Shown here piece after piece: positions 9,504 to 18,410 of a stretch of DNA of 64,000 bases. The stretch comes from an uncultured Victivallales bacterium (GTDB lineage: Bacteria > Verrucomicrobiota > Kiritimatiellia > UBA8416): assembly GCA_964472315.1 (NCBI GenBank), contig CAYYJS010000007.1:14299-78298 (forward strand), in the 5' to 3' direction. The translations under genes were made by a program, and so were the position numbers. The stretch's first letter is position 1. Each line of letters opens with the position of its first letter. The notes beneath the pieces were generated by a model. It worked only from the letters and a program-made list of their open reading frames with translations, had not been told where the DNA came from and made no database searches.

Positions 9504-9643
9504 GACGGGAACATCATACGGTGGGGGCGCGCCGGTCGGAAGCAGAAAACGCGGGAAGTGGATTGGCGGCGTTGCAGAGGGCACTGAGGGCTTGCGGCCC
9601 GTCGTTGTCTATGGTTCACTGGCACCATAGAGGGGAGAAAGCC

Positions 9644-10264
9644 ATGATGACGAGAGTGGATGGTTGGGTCGGGTCGGCGCTGGGTGTTCTCGTGGTCGCC
9701 GCGATGCTGTCGGGGTGTCAGACGACGCGACAGGTCAGTCGGGTTGGCGTCGACGAGGTGATTGACTTGAGCGGGCGGTGGAATGACACCGATTCGCGTC
9801 TGGTCGCCGAGGAGATGATCAGCCAGTTGTCGCAGGCGGGGTTTGTCGGCGAGTTTCGCGATACGAAGGGGCGGAAGCCGGTGATGATGGTGGGCATGGT
9901 GCGCAACGAGTCGGACGAGCACATTGCCCTGGACACGTTCATCAAGGATATCGAACGGGCGCTGGTCAACTCCGGACGCATCCGAGTGGTTGCCGACAGC
10001 GGGGAACGCGCCGAACTGCGCAACGAGCGCCACGACCAGCAATCGTTCGCCTCCGAAGAGTCCGCCAAGCGTCTGGCCGCGGAAACCGGCGCCGATTTCA
10101 TGCTCAAGGGAGCGCTGAAGACGCAGGTGGATGCGATTCAGGGACAGCAGGTCAAGTTCTACCAGATCGATCTGGAGCTGATGGACGTCGAGAACAACGA
10201 AAAGGCGTGGATCGGTTCGAAGAAGATCAAGAAGCAGGTCAAGCAGCGGCGCGTGACCTGGTAG
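9644..10264 (+). CDS. Lipoprotein of the COG3417 family (LpoB/FlgO-like)
   Basis: RBS AGGGGAG, signal peptide with lipobox LSGC; overall similarity in layout to LpoB (VDSVNNRT.../...YVL.G.L.....Q..L.Q..E..W). Confidence 0.6.
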   Translation: MMTRVDGWVGSALGVLVVAAMLSGCQTTRQVSRVGVDEVIDLSGRWNDTDSRLVAEEMISQLSQAGFVGEFRDTKGRKPVMMVGMVRNESDEHIALDTFIKDIERALVNSGRIRVVADSGERAELRNERHDQQSFASEESAKRLAAETGADFMLKGALKTQVDAIQGQQVKFYQIDLELMDVENNEKAWIGSKKIKKQVKQRRVTW

Positions 10265-10298
10265 TGCGCGGCGTCGCCACACACGAGGCGGGGGTCTG

Positions 10299-11696
10299 GT
10301 GCGAAGTCTTCTCATAGCGGCATTTGCGGCATGCCTGGGCTCGCTGACCGGTGGTTGCGCCTGTCTGCTCACGTATGACACGCATTACCCGCTGGCGGAG
10401 CAGAATCTGGCGCAGGGCGGCTACGAGGCGGCCGCGGCGCAGATCCGTCAGAACAAGGAACTCTACACCGCCAAGAACGCGGTCCTGTACTACCTCGATG
10501 CGGGGATGCTCGAGCACTATGCCGGAAACTTCGACGCCAGCAACGTGATGCTGACCGAAGCCGAGCGCGGCATCGAGGACGGCTATACCAAGAGCGCGAG
10601 TCGCGGGGCGGCGGGATTGCTGCTGAACGACAACACGTTCGCCTACGCGGGCGAAGACTACGAGAACGCGTACGTCAATGTCTTCAAGGCCCTGAACTAC
10701 CTTGGCAAGGGCGAGCCCGAGAGCGCTTTCGTGGAAGTCCGCCGGGTCAACAACAAGTTGTCCATGCTGGGGGACCGGTACGCGGCGCAGACGCAGGCTT
10801 TCAATGCGGAGATGAAGGAGTACGGGCAGGCGCGGCGGACGCCCCGGAACTACTTCCAGGAATGCGCGCTGGGGCGGTTTCTCAGTCTGGTGCTGTACCG
10901 GCACGATGGCAAGCTGGACGATGCCCGCATCGATCTCGACCATTTGCGTCGGGCATGGAAGGTGCAGCCCGGAATGTACGATTTCGCCGAACCGCGGTTG
11001 CCCGGCTGTCTGTCGCCGTTAACCGCGGATCAGGCCCGGCTCACCGTCGTCAGTTTTACGGGGCGCGCGCCGATCAAGGAAGCCGAGACGCTGCATGCGT
11101 TCTCGCTCACGAACCAGGTCGTCATCAGCATCCAACCGCCGGAGAGCATGACGGCGGACCGGGCGGCGGTCGTGTTGCCGTGGAAGGATATGAAGCCCGG
11201 GTACCATTTCAAGTGCACGATCCCGAGGCTCATCGCGCGCGGCTCGGCCGTGACGCATGTCCGTGTGATTGTCGACGACAAGCTGGCGTTCTCGCTCGAG
11301 TGCATCGAGTCGCTGGAGAACGCCGCCCGGGAAACGTTCCGTATCCGGCAACCGATGATCCTGTTGCGGACCGGCATCCGTGTGCTCATGAAGGGGGTGG
11401 CGGTGCATCAGGCGCGACAGGAGATCAAGAAGGAGGCGAAGGACGACGCAATGGGTGACTTCCTCGCTTTTCTGGCGATGGAGGCGGTCATGGCGACCGA
11501 AATCGCCGATTGCCGGATTTCGCGCTTTTTCCCGGCACGGGCCTACGTGGGCGAGGTCGACGTGACGCCGGGGACGCACGCCGTCCGCGTGGAGTATCTG
11601 GGCGCGGACAAGCAGGTGTTGTACACGCATGATCTGGGTGCCGTGGAAGCGCGCGGTGGAAGCCTGAATGTCAAGGAGTCGGTATGTATACAATGA
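10299..11696 (+). CDS. Large lipoprotein, unknown function (middle gene of the three-lipoprotein cluster)
   Basis: Signal peptide with lipobox LTGGC; 465 aa; no recognised catalytic motifs. Confidence 0.55.
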   Translation: MRSLLIAAFAACLGSLTGGCACLLTYDTHYPLAEQNLAQGGYEAAAAQIRQNKELYTAKNAVLYYLDAGMLEHYAGNFDASNVMLTEAERGIEDGYTKSASRGAAGLLLNDNTFAYAGEDYENAYVNVFKALNYLGKGEPESAFVEVRRVNNKLSMLGDRYAAQTQAFNAEMKEYGQARRTPRNYFQECALGRFLSLVLYRHDGKLDDARIDLDHLRRAWKVQPGMYDFAEPRLPGCLSPLTADQARLTVVSFTGRAPIKEAETLHAFSLTNQVVISIQPPESMTADRAAVVLPWKDMKPGYHFKCTIPRLIARGSAVTHVRVIVDDKLAFSLECIESLENAARETFRIRQPMILLRTGIRVLMKGVAVHQARQEIKKEAKDDAMGDFLAFLAMEAVMATEIADCRISRFFPARAYVGEVDVTPGTHAVRVEYLGADKQVLYTHDLGAVEARGGSLNVKESVCIQ

Positions 11697-12757
11697 TGAA
11701 GGTGGCGGGGAAGTTCGCGGGTTCGGCGGCCTGTCTGCTGGTTGCCGTCTCGTGCGCGACGAATGCGGGCGTCGGCACGCCTCAGGCGGCGTCGGCGCAA
11801 ACGAAAGGCGTGCCCGAATGGGTGACGAATCCCGGCCGCCGCTATCCGGCGGCGCACTATCTCGTGGCCGTGGGTTCCGGGGATTCCCGGCGCGCGGCCG
11901 AGGACAACGCGGTGGCGGGATTGGCGCGGATCTTCGAATCGAAGATCGACTCCGAGGAAACGCTGGTGGAGCACTATCGGGAGCTGATGGGCGCGCGCGG
12001 GAACACGTTCGAGGCGACGTCCGACATGGACCGGCGCGTGCGCATCCGGGCCAATCAGGAATTGCTTAATGTGCAGTTCGGCGAGAGTGGCGTCGATGGA
12101 GCGGGGCGGACGTATGCGATCGCCTACATGGAGCGGGGCGTGACCGCGGGCATCTACGCGAAGCGCATCGAGGAGAATGCGGCGGTTGTCGCGCGCTTCG
12201 TGACGCGGGCCGGCGAGGTGACGGATGCGGCGCGGCGCTATGCCTTCCGGAACGCCGCGTGGATCGTGGCCAAGGCGAACCAGGATTACATCCGGCAGAT
12301 GGACATCATTGTGCCCGGCTCGTCGTCCCGGCAGAGCCCGGGGTATACGGTGGACGGGTTGCGGATGGCCGCGTTGGAGGCGGCGCGCGACCTGCGGGTG
12401 ACGATCGGCGTCGAGGGCGACGAAGGCGGTGTGGTGACCGAGACGATCGCCAAGGCGGTCACCGGGCTTGGTTTTGCCGTGGTCGAGGCGGATGCGACGA
12501 TGGACGTGAAGGCGACGTTGCGCATCGAGCCCACGGATCTCAAGCGCGCGGATGCCGAGTTCGTGCGCTACGAATACGGCATCCGGATCATGCAGGGCGG
12601 GGTCACGCTTCTGGGGACGAGCGGCAACGGACGCGAAGGGCATGTGTCGCTGTCCGCGGCGCGCAAGCGGGCCCTGGTCCGCGCCTGCGGGGAGATCGAG
12701 AATCACCTCAGCGCCGGACTTCGGCGTTACTTCGACCGGTTGGTCAAGGACGCCTGA
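11684..12757 (+). CDS. LPP20-family lipoprotein (FlgP-like)
   Basis: Lipobox VAVSC; LPP20-type segment YLVAVGSGDSRRAAEDNAVAGLARI; overlaps the preceding gene by 13 nt. Confidence 0.65.
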   Translation: MYTMMKVAGKFAGSAACLLVAVSCATNAGVGTPQAASAQTKGVPEWVTNPGRRYPAAHYLVAVGSGDSRRAAEDNAVAGLARIFESKIDSEETLVEHYRELMGARGNTFEATSDMDRRVRIRANQELLNVQFGESGVDGAGRTYAIAYMERGVTAGIYAKRIEENAAVVARFVTRAGEVTDAARRYAFRNAAWIVAKANQDYIRQMDIIVPGSSSRQSPGYTVDGLRMAALEAARDLRVTIGVEGDEGGVVTETIAKAVTGLGFAVVEADATMDVKATLRIEPTDLKRADAEFVRYEYGIRIMQGGVTLLGTSGNGREGHVSLSAARKRALVRACGEIENHLSAGLRRYFDRLVKDA

Positions 12758-12790
12758 CGCGGCGCGTGCTCCGTGGCGGGCACGCGGCGG

Positions 12791-13459
12791 CTATCGCGTG
12801 GCGAGTTCCTCTTCGGTGTCGGCGTGGTCGGTCCGTACCGAGGCGTGGATGTGGGCACCGCCGCGGGCGGGCGACTCGTGGTAGACCCAGTCGAATCCCG
12901 CGGCCCAGCACAGCTTGGCGAGTTCCTCCAGGCCCAACTCGTCGCAGGTGACATCGATGGCTCGTCCCTCCTTGTGCAGGGACCGCGAGTTGTGGATCTT
13001 GGTTGGACGATACGCATCGTGAACTTCGAGCGTGCCGTTCCGTGTGGCGACGAGCGCGATCAGGCGCCGCAGGGGGAGATCCAGGGCGCGGTGCACCGAA
13101 TGGTCGCATTCGTCGTCGCCGGTATCGTGGTCGCTTTCCCACCAGACGCGCGAATCGTCGACATACACGAGGTCGCGACCGGGCGAGAACCGTTCGGGGT
13201 CGACGCTGCCCGAGACATCCATCTCGCGGCGTGTGGGGAGGTGCGTGTTGCGCGGAAACGCGGCGGGTATGTCGCGTACGGCCGTCAGCGGTTGTGTCGC
13301 CGTCGGGGGCGATACCGACTCCACGGGCGCGATGTCCTGTGCCCGCGAGTGCCGGCGTTCCACCCGATGCAGCAGCATGCCGACGACCGTCGCGCACAGC
13401 AGAATCCCGCCGGCGATCGCCATGACCGCGAGCCTGCCCATGGTCGTGAGTCCACGCAT
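12791..13459 (-). CDS. Membrane-anchored zinc hydrolase with Hedgehog N-terminal ('Hedge')/LAS-peptidase-like domain
   Basis: N-terminal TM (LAVMAIAGGILLCATVVGMLL). C-terminal SLHKEGRAIDVTCDE...AAGFDWVYHESPARGGAHIHASV aligns with Shh-N SLHYEGRAVDITTSD...EAGFDWVYYESKAHIHCSV, including the His/Asp/His zinc ligands. Confidence 0.6.
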   Translation of the reverse strand: MRGLTTMGRLAVMAIAGGILLCATVVGMLLHRVERRHSRAQDIAPVESVSPPTATQPLTAVRDIPAAFPRNTHLPTRREMDVSGSVDPERFSPGRDLVYVDDSRVWWESDHDTGDDECDHSVHRALDLPLRRLIALVATRNGTLEVHDAYRPTKIHNSRSLHKEGRAIDVTCDELGLEELAKLCWAAGFDWVYHESPARGGAHIHASVRTDHADTEEELATR

Positions 13460-13722
13460 TATCGGTGCCGCCTCCGTGGGAACGGGTTCTCGGAATCCCC
13501 GACGCGGGGAACGATGCGCCCGTACTGAAACGCGGACATGATAGGGGACCCGCGCGCCGCTGTCAAACGGCCGGCACGGGCGCGGCCAATCTCCCGTCCC
13601 CGCGACGCGAGGTCGCGGGGGACGGCTCCAGAATGCGAATTGCCGCCACGGGCGGCAAAAGCCTTGTCAAGGCTTCGAATGTGTGTTACCCACCACAGCC
13701 TGTCAGGAGCCTGGATCGAACC

Positions 13723-14835
13723 ATGGACGAACGAACGGCATATATCGCGCTTAATATGATGGAGGACATCGGTCCCGTCGGCGTGCGCGCCCTGGTCGCG
13801 AAACTCGGCTCCGCCGCCGCGATTTTCGAGGCCGCGCCGGCCGACCTGCGGGCCGCGGACGGCATCGGACCGAAGACGGTGGAGGCGATCGTGCGGCAGC
13901 GCGGCGCTATCCGTGTCGACGAGGAGCTGGCGCTGGCGGAAAAGCTGGGTTGCCGGCTCGTGGCGCAGATCGATCCGGAATACCCGGCGGCGCTGGGTGC
14001 GATCCACGATCCGCCGCTCGCGCTCTACGTGCGGGGTGAACTGCGGAACCGGGACCGGCACGCCATCGCCGTGGTCGGAACGCGCCGTGCGACGCAATAC
14101 GGCATCGATTGCGCGCGCAAGCTTTCGTATCAGTTGGCGCAGGCCGGGTTCACAATCCTGAGCGGGCTGGCGCGGGGCATCGATACCGCGGCGCATGAAG
14201 GTGCGATCCAGGGCGGCGGGCGTACGGTGGCGGTCATCGGCGCGGGACTTGCGGAGGTCTACCCGCCCGAGAACCGGCCGTTGGCCGACCGGATCTCCGA
14301 ACACGGGGCCGTCGTGAGCGAATTTCCGATGCGACGGCAACCGGACAAGACCACGTTTCCGATGCGCAACCGGATCGTCAGCGGCTTGTCGCGGGGGGTC
14401 CTGGTGGTCGAGGCGGGGCGCCGGAGCGGCGCCTCGATCACCGTCGAACAGGCTCTCCAGCAGGGACGCGACGTATTTGCCGTGCCGGGACGTATCGATT
14501 CGTATGCCTCGCAGGGCGCCAACGACCTGATCAAGGCGGGCGCTCCGCTGGTGAGTTCCGTGGATGACATTCTGGGCCACTACGAGCTTCTGTTGCCGTC
14601 GCGGCAACCGGCCGGCGGCGATGCGGCGGGGGCGGGTGCCGCGCGGCCCCGGCCCGAATTGTCGGAAGGCGAGTCCGCTCTCGTCGCGCTGATCGGGCGC
14701 GGCGTGAGCGATGTCGACGGGTTGATCCGCGAGTCCGGCCTGGGTCCGGCCGCGGTGGGCGCCCTGCTTGTGGCGCTGGAGTTGAAGCGTGTGACCCGTG
14801 CCCTGCCGGGGCGGCAGGTCGCGCTGGTTGGATGA
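13723..14835 (+). CDS. dprA: DNA processing protein DprA (Smf)
   Basis: LSGLARGIDTAAHEGAL...GTVAVIGAGL...NRIVSGLS Rossmann core plus C-terminal winged-helix region. Start at MDERTAYIAL (13723). Confidence 0.85.
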   Translation: MDERTAYIALNMMEDIGPVGVRALVAKLGSAAAIFEAAPADLRAADGIGPKTVEAIVRQRGAIRVDEELALAEKLGCRLVAQIDPEYPAALGAIHDPPLALYVRGELRNRDRHAIAVVGTRRATQYGIDCARKLSYQLAQAGFTILSGLARGIDTAAHEGAIQGGGRTVAVIGAGLAEVYPPENRPLADRISEHGAVVSEFPMRRQPDKTTFPMRNRIVSGLSRGVLVVEAGRRSGASITVEQALQQGRDVFAVPGRIDSYASQGANDLIKAGAPLVSSVDDILGHYELLLPSRQPAGGDAAGAGAARPRPELSEGESALVALIGRGVSDVDGLIRESGLGPAAVGALLVALELKRVTRALPGRQVALVG

Positions 14836-14866
14836 CGTGTTTCCATCGGTAGGGAGTGCTAGAGAT

Positions 14867-17416
14867 ATGGGCAAGAAACTGGTTATCGTGGAATCGCCGG
14901 CCAAGGCGAAGACCATCAACAAGATCCTGGGGCATGACTACATCGTCAAGTCGTCGATGGGGCATGTGCGCGACCTGCCGGAGAAACGTCTCGGCGTCGA
15001 TATCGAACACGGGTTCGCACCGTCCTACGTGCTGGTCGAAGGCCGCAAGAAGGTGATCGGCGAATTGCGCGCCGCGGCCAGGGAATGCGACGAGATCTTT
15101 CTCGCGCCTGACCCGGACCGGGAAGGGGAGGCGATCGCCTGGCACCTGAAGGCCGTGTTGGAACCGGAGGCCGGCGACAAGCCGTTCTATCGGATTCAGT
15201 ACAACGAGATCACGCCGCGCGCCGTGCGCGCGGCCTTCGACGCGCCGGGGGTCATCGATACGCGGCGTGTGGATGCCCAGCAGGCGCGCCGCGTGCTGGA
15301 CCGCATCGTCGGGTACAAGGTCAGTCCGCTGTTGTGGCGGCATGTGCGCCGGGGGCTCAGCGCCGGACGCGTGCAATCGGTGGCGCTGCGGCTCGTGTGC
15401 GAACGCGAAGCCGCCATCCGCGAGTTCAAGCCCGAAGCCTACTGGCTCCTTGGCGCGCTCGTCCGCAAGCTGGTGGTGCCGTTGAGCCCGTTCCGGATCC
15501 GTCTGGTGCGCATGGACGGCGCGAAGATCGAGGTCAAGGCCGCCGACGAAGCCCGGCGCATCGAGACCGAACTGCAGGGCCGCCCGCTGGTCGTCGGGCA
15601 GGTGACCACGCGCGACGTGAAGCGCAACCCGTATCCGCCGTTCATCACCAGCACGCTGCAGCAGGCGGCGTCGACGGTGTGCGGTTTCTCGCCGCGCCGG
15701 ACGATGCAGATCGCGCAGAGCCTGTACGAAGGCGTCAACCTCGGCGGCGGCCCCGAGGGTCTGATCACCTACATGCGAACCGATTCGTTTACCGTGGCGC
15801 GCGACGCGCAGGAAGCCTGCCGCGGGTTCGTCGAGCGCACCTACGGCAAGGAGTACTGCCCCGAGAAGCCCAACGTGTACCGCAGCCGATCCGGGGCGCA
15901 GGAGGCGCATGAAGCGATCCGGCCGACCGATGTGTGCAGGACGCCGGACCAGGTGAAGGCGCACCTCGATCCGGCCGAACATAAGCTCTACAAGCTGATC
16001 TGGGAGCGCTTTGTGGCGTCGCAGATGGTCCCGGCGATCGTCGAGCGCCGCACGGCCGTGATCGAAGCGCGGCCGACGGCCGGCGCGGCGGAGGGTACGC
16101 ACCATTACGAGTTCCAGGCAACGGCGTCGGAGGTCAAGTTCCCGGGATACCGGCTGGTTACACGCGAGGAAGAAAAGGCGCCCGAAGAGGGCGATGAGAT
16201 CGAGGTGCTGCCGGTGCTGACCGAGGGCGAGCCGCTCGTGTGTCTCGAGGTGCTCTCCGAACGCAAGGAGACGCAGCCGCCGGCGCGCTTCTCCGAAGCG
16301 TCGCTGGTGAAGGCGCTGGAAGCCAACGGCGTGGGCCGCCCGAGCACGTATGCGCAGACCCTTTCGACGCTCCAGGCGCGCAGCTATGTCGAGCTCAAGA
16401 ACCGCTCCCTGTGGCCTACGGACCTCGGTATGGAGGCGAACGCGCTGCTGGTCAAGAGCCTGAACGAACTCTTCGACGTGGGGTTCACGGCGTCGATGGA
16501 GGATACGTTGGATAAGGTGGAGAGCGGCGAGGTGGAATGGACGACCATGCTGGCGACGTTCTACGCGCAGTTCTCCACGTGGATGGAGCGGACGAAGGAA
16601 GCGCCGGCGGATACGGCGCACGTACAACGGGTGCTGGCGTTGTTCGCCGGAGTTTCGGCGTGGGCGCCGGAGACCAAGCGCGGGCGGCGCACGTACAGCG
16701 ACGAGCGCTTTGTCGCCTCGATCGTCAAGCAGATCGCGGACGAAAAGCCGGTGACGCCGCGGCAGTTCGAGGCGCTCGCGAAGATCGCGTGCCGCTATCG
16801 CACGCAGGTTGCGGGGATCGAGGATGCGTTGACGGCCTGCGGGATGGAAGCGCTGCTGACGGCGCCGGAACTGGAACCGCCCCTGGCCAGTTCCCTGCGC
16901 AAGCTCGATGTGCTCGACGGCATCGAGCTGGACGAATCGACCCGCAAGTTCATCGACTCGCTGGGTGAGCAGGTGCGGGGGGGGCGCCGGCTCTCGCCGG
17001 CGCAACTCGCGGCGCTCGACAAGACCGTCCTGTCGCGCGGCAAGGAGATCGAGGGTTTCGACGGGCTGCGCGAGGAACTGGGCCTTGGCGGTCAGTCGTT
17101 GCCCGAGGACAACGAAAGCGCCCCGCTGCTGGCGCTGATGGCGCACGTCCGGGAATGGCAGCCGCCCGTCAAACGCGGCAAGCGCGAATTCGACGACAGT
17201 GCGTTCCTGGAGTCCTTGAGCCGGCAGTACGAGTCCAAGCGCTACCTGTCCGACCGACAGCGGGCGGCGCTGAAACGCATGCTGGTGCGCTACCGGGCGC
17301 AGATTCCCGACTTCGATACGGCGGCTTCGACCTACGACCTGAAGGCGGCGCCGAAGCGGGTCGGCGGTCGGCGTGGCGGTCGCGGGGGCAAATCCGCGGC
17401 GTCGTCCGAGGAATAG
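14867..17416 (+). CDS. topA: DNA topoisomerase I with non-canonical C-terminal tandem-repeat domain
   Basis: RBS AGGGAG; MGKKLVIVESPAKAKTI...EGE...DPDREGEAIAWH Toprim; catalytic-Tyr region YMRTDS. The C-terminal 270 aa lack Cys4 zinc ribbons and instead hold two ~48-aa repeats and an RGG tail. Confidence 0.9.
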   Translation: MGKKLVIVESPAKAKTINKILGHDYIVKSSMGHVRDLPEKRLGVDIEHGFAPSYVLVEGRKKVIGELRAAARECDEIFLAPDPDREGEAIAWHLKAVLEPEAGDKPFYRIQYNEITPRAVRAAFDAPGVIDTRRVDAQQARRVLDRIVGYKVSPLLWRHVRRGLSAGRVQSVALRLVCEREAAIREFKPEAYWLLGALVRKLVVPLSPFRIRLVRMDGAKIEVKAADEARRIETELQGRPLVVGQVTTRDVKRNPYPPFITSTLQQAASTVCGFSPRRTMQIAQSLYEGVNLGGGPEGLITYMRTDSFTVARDAQEACRGFVERTYGKEYCPEKPNVYRSRSGAQEAHEAIRPTDVCRTPDQVKAHLDPAEHKLYKLIWERFVASQMVPAIVERRTAVIEARPTAGAAEGTHHYEFQATASEVKFPGYRLVTREEEKAPEEGDEIEVLPVLTEGEPLVCLEVLSERKETQPPARFSEASLVKALEANGVGRPSTYAQTLSTLQARSYVELKNRSLWPTDLGMEANALLVKSLNELFDVGFTASMEDTLDKVESGEVEWTTMLATFYAQFSTWMERTKEAPADTAHVQRVLALFAGVSAWAPETKRGRRTYSDERFVASIVKQIADEKPVTPRQFEALAKIACRYRTQVAGIEDALTACGMEALLTAPELEPPLASSLRKLDVLDGIELDESTRKFIDSLGEQVRGGRRLSPAQLAALDKTVLSRGKEIEGFDGLREELGLGGQSLPEDNESAPLLALMAHVREWQPPVKRGKREFDDSAFLESLSRQYESKRYLSDRQRAALKRMLVRYRAQIPDFDTAASTYDLKAAPKRVGGRRGGRGGKSAASSEE

Positions 17417-17426
17417 GGAGCCACGT

Positions 17427-18401
17427 GTGAGCGGAACCGACCGGGTATCGGCGGCGGACCCCGCCGTTCGGGCGTTCGCGATGTACCAGCAGGGGGAACG
17501 GAATGCGTCCCCCCATACGATCGCGAACTACCTGATGGATATCCATCAGTTCGTGAGCCATGCCTGGGGCATCGAGGCGAAGCCCCCGTATCCCTGGCGC
17601 GAGCCGGACCGGTTCATGGCGCGTGCGTTTCTCGTGGAGTTCCAGAAGCAGGGGGCGGAGCCGGCCACGACGGCGCGGAAGCTGGCAAGCCTGCGTTCGT
17701 TCTACCGGTTTCTCGTGCGGGACGATCTGGCGGCGACCAATCCGTTTGCCGGACTGCGCGCGCCGAAGCGGGCGCGTAAGCTCCCGGACGTGCTGTCGGT
17801 GGCCGACGTCTCCCGGCTTCTTGACGCGCCGGTAGCGGCGTTGGCGGGCGTCGAGCGCAACGCCGACCGGCCGCCCGATCCGATATCGCGCTACCTCGTC
17901 CTGCGCGATGCCGCATTGCTGGAGTTCCTGTACAGCACCGGCGCGCGCGTCGCCGAAGCGGCCGGGCTGACCGAACGTGACGTGGACATGCTCTCCGGCG
18001 TCGCCGTCGTGAGGGGCAAGGGCAAGAAGGAGCGCCTGTGCCCGCTGGGCGGGCCGGCCTGCCGGGCGATGCGACGCATGCTGGGCCACGCCGACGCCGT
18101 GTGGGGGGGCGCCCGGAAGGACGCCAAACCCGTGTTCCGCAATGTGCGGGGCGAGCCCATCACGCCGCGGTCGATCGAGCGCCTGATGAAGAAGTACCTC
18201 GCCGACGCGGGGCTTGGCCATACGTTCTCGCCGCATGCGCTACGCCACTCGTTTGCGACGCATCTGCTGGATGCCGGCGCCGATCTGCGCAGTGTGCAGG
18301 AACTGCTCGGACATGCCAGTCTGTCGACGACGCAGATCTACACGCATGTCTCGGTGGAGCACCTGCGGCGCGTCTACCAGGAGACACATCCGCGGGCGTG
18401 A
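17427..18401 (+). CDS. xerC: Tyrosine recombinase XerC/XerD family
   Basis: GTG start 7 nt after GGGAG. Motifs ARVAEA (R), HALRHSFATHLL (HxxR), LGHASLSTTQIYTHV (catalytic Tyr). XerC versus XerD cannot be resolved from sequence alone. Confidence 0.8.
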   Translation: MSGTDRVSAADPAVRAFAMYQQGERNASPHTIANYLMDIHQFVSHAWGIEAKPPYPWREPDRFMARAFLVEFQKQGAEPATTARKLASLRSFYRFLVRDDLAATNPFAGLRAPKRARKLPDVLSVADVSRLLDAPVAALAGVERNADRPPDPISRYLVLRDAALLEFLYSTGARVAEAAGLTERDVDMLSGVAVVRGKGKKERLCPLGGPACRAMRRMLGHADAVWGGARKDAKPVFRNVRGEPITPRSIERLMKKYLADAGLGHTFSPHALRHSFATHLLDAGADLRSVQELLGHASLSTTQIYTHVSVEHLRRVYQETHPRA

Positions 18402-18410
18402 CCGCGCCCA

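Noticed and set aside
9521-9643. Upstream 41 codons of the COG3417 lipoprotein ORF
   Set aside because: A strong RBS (AGGGGAG) sits directly before ATG 9644, where the signal peptide begins. The upstream extension overlaps the sensor-kinase start on the other strand.
14531-17146. 871-aa minus-strand ORF antisense to topA. Similar long antisense ORFs occur at 19758..21854, 29658..31226, 30598..32184, 4872..6386, 7035..8708 and 13459..14922.
   Set aside because: Translations are Arg/Pro/Gly/Ala-rich low-complexity strings with no motifs. They lie opposite genes with strong family signatures. This is the expected artefact of stop-poor frames in ~65% GC DNA.
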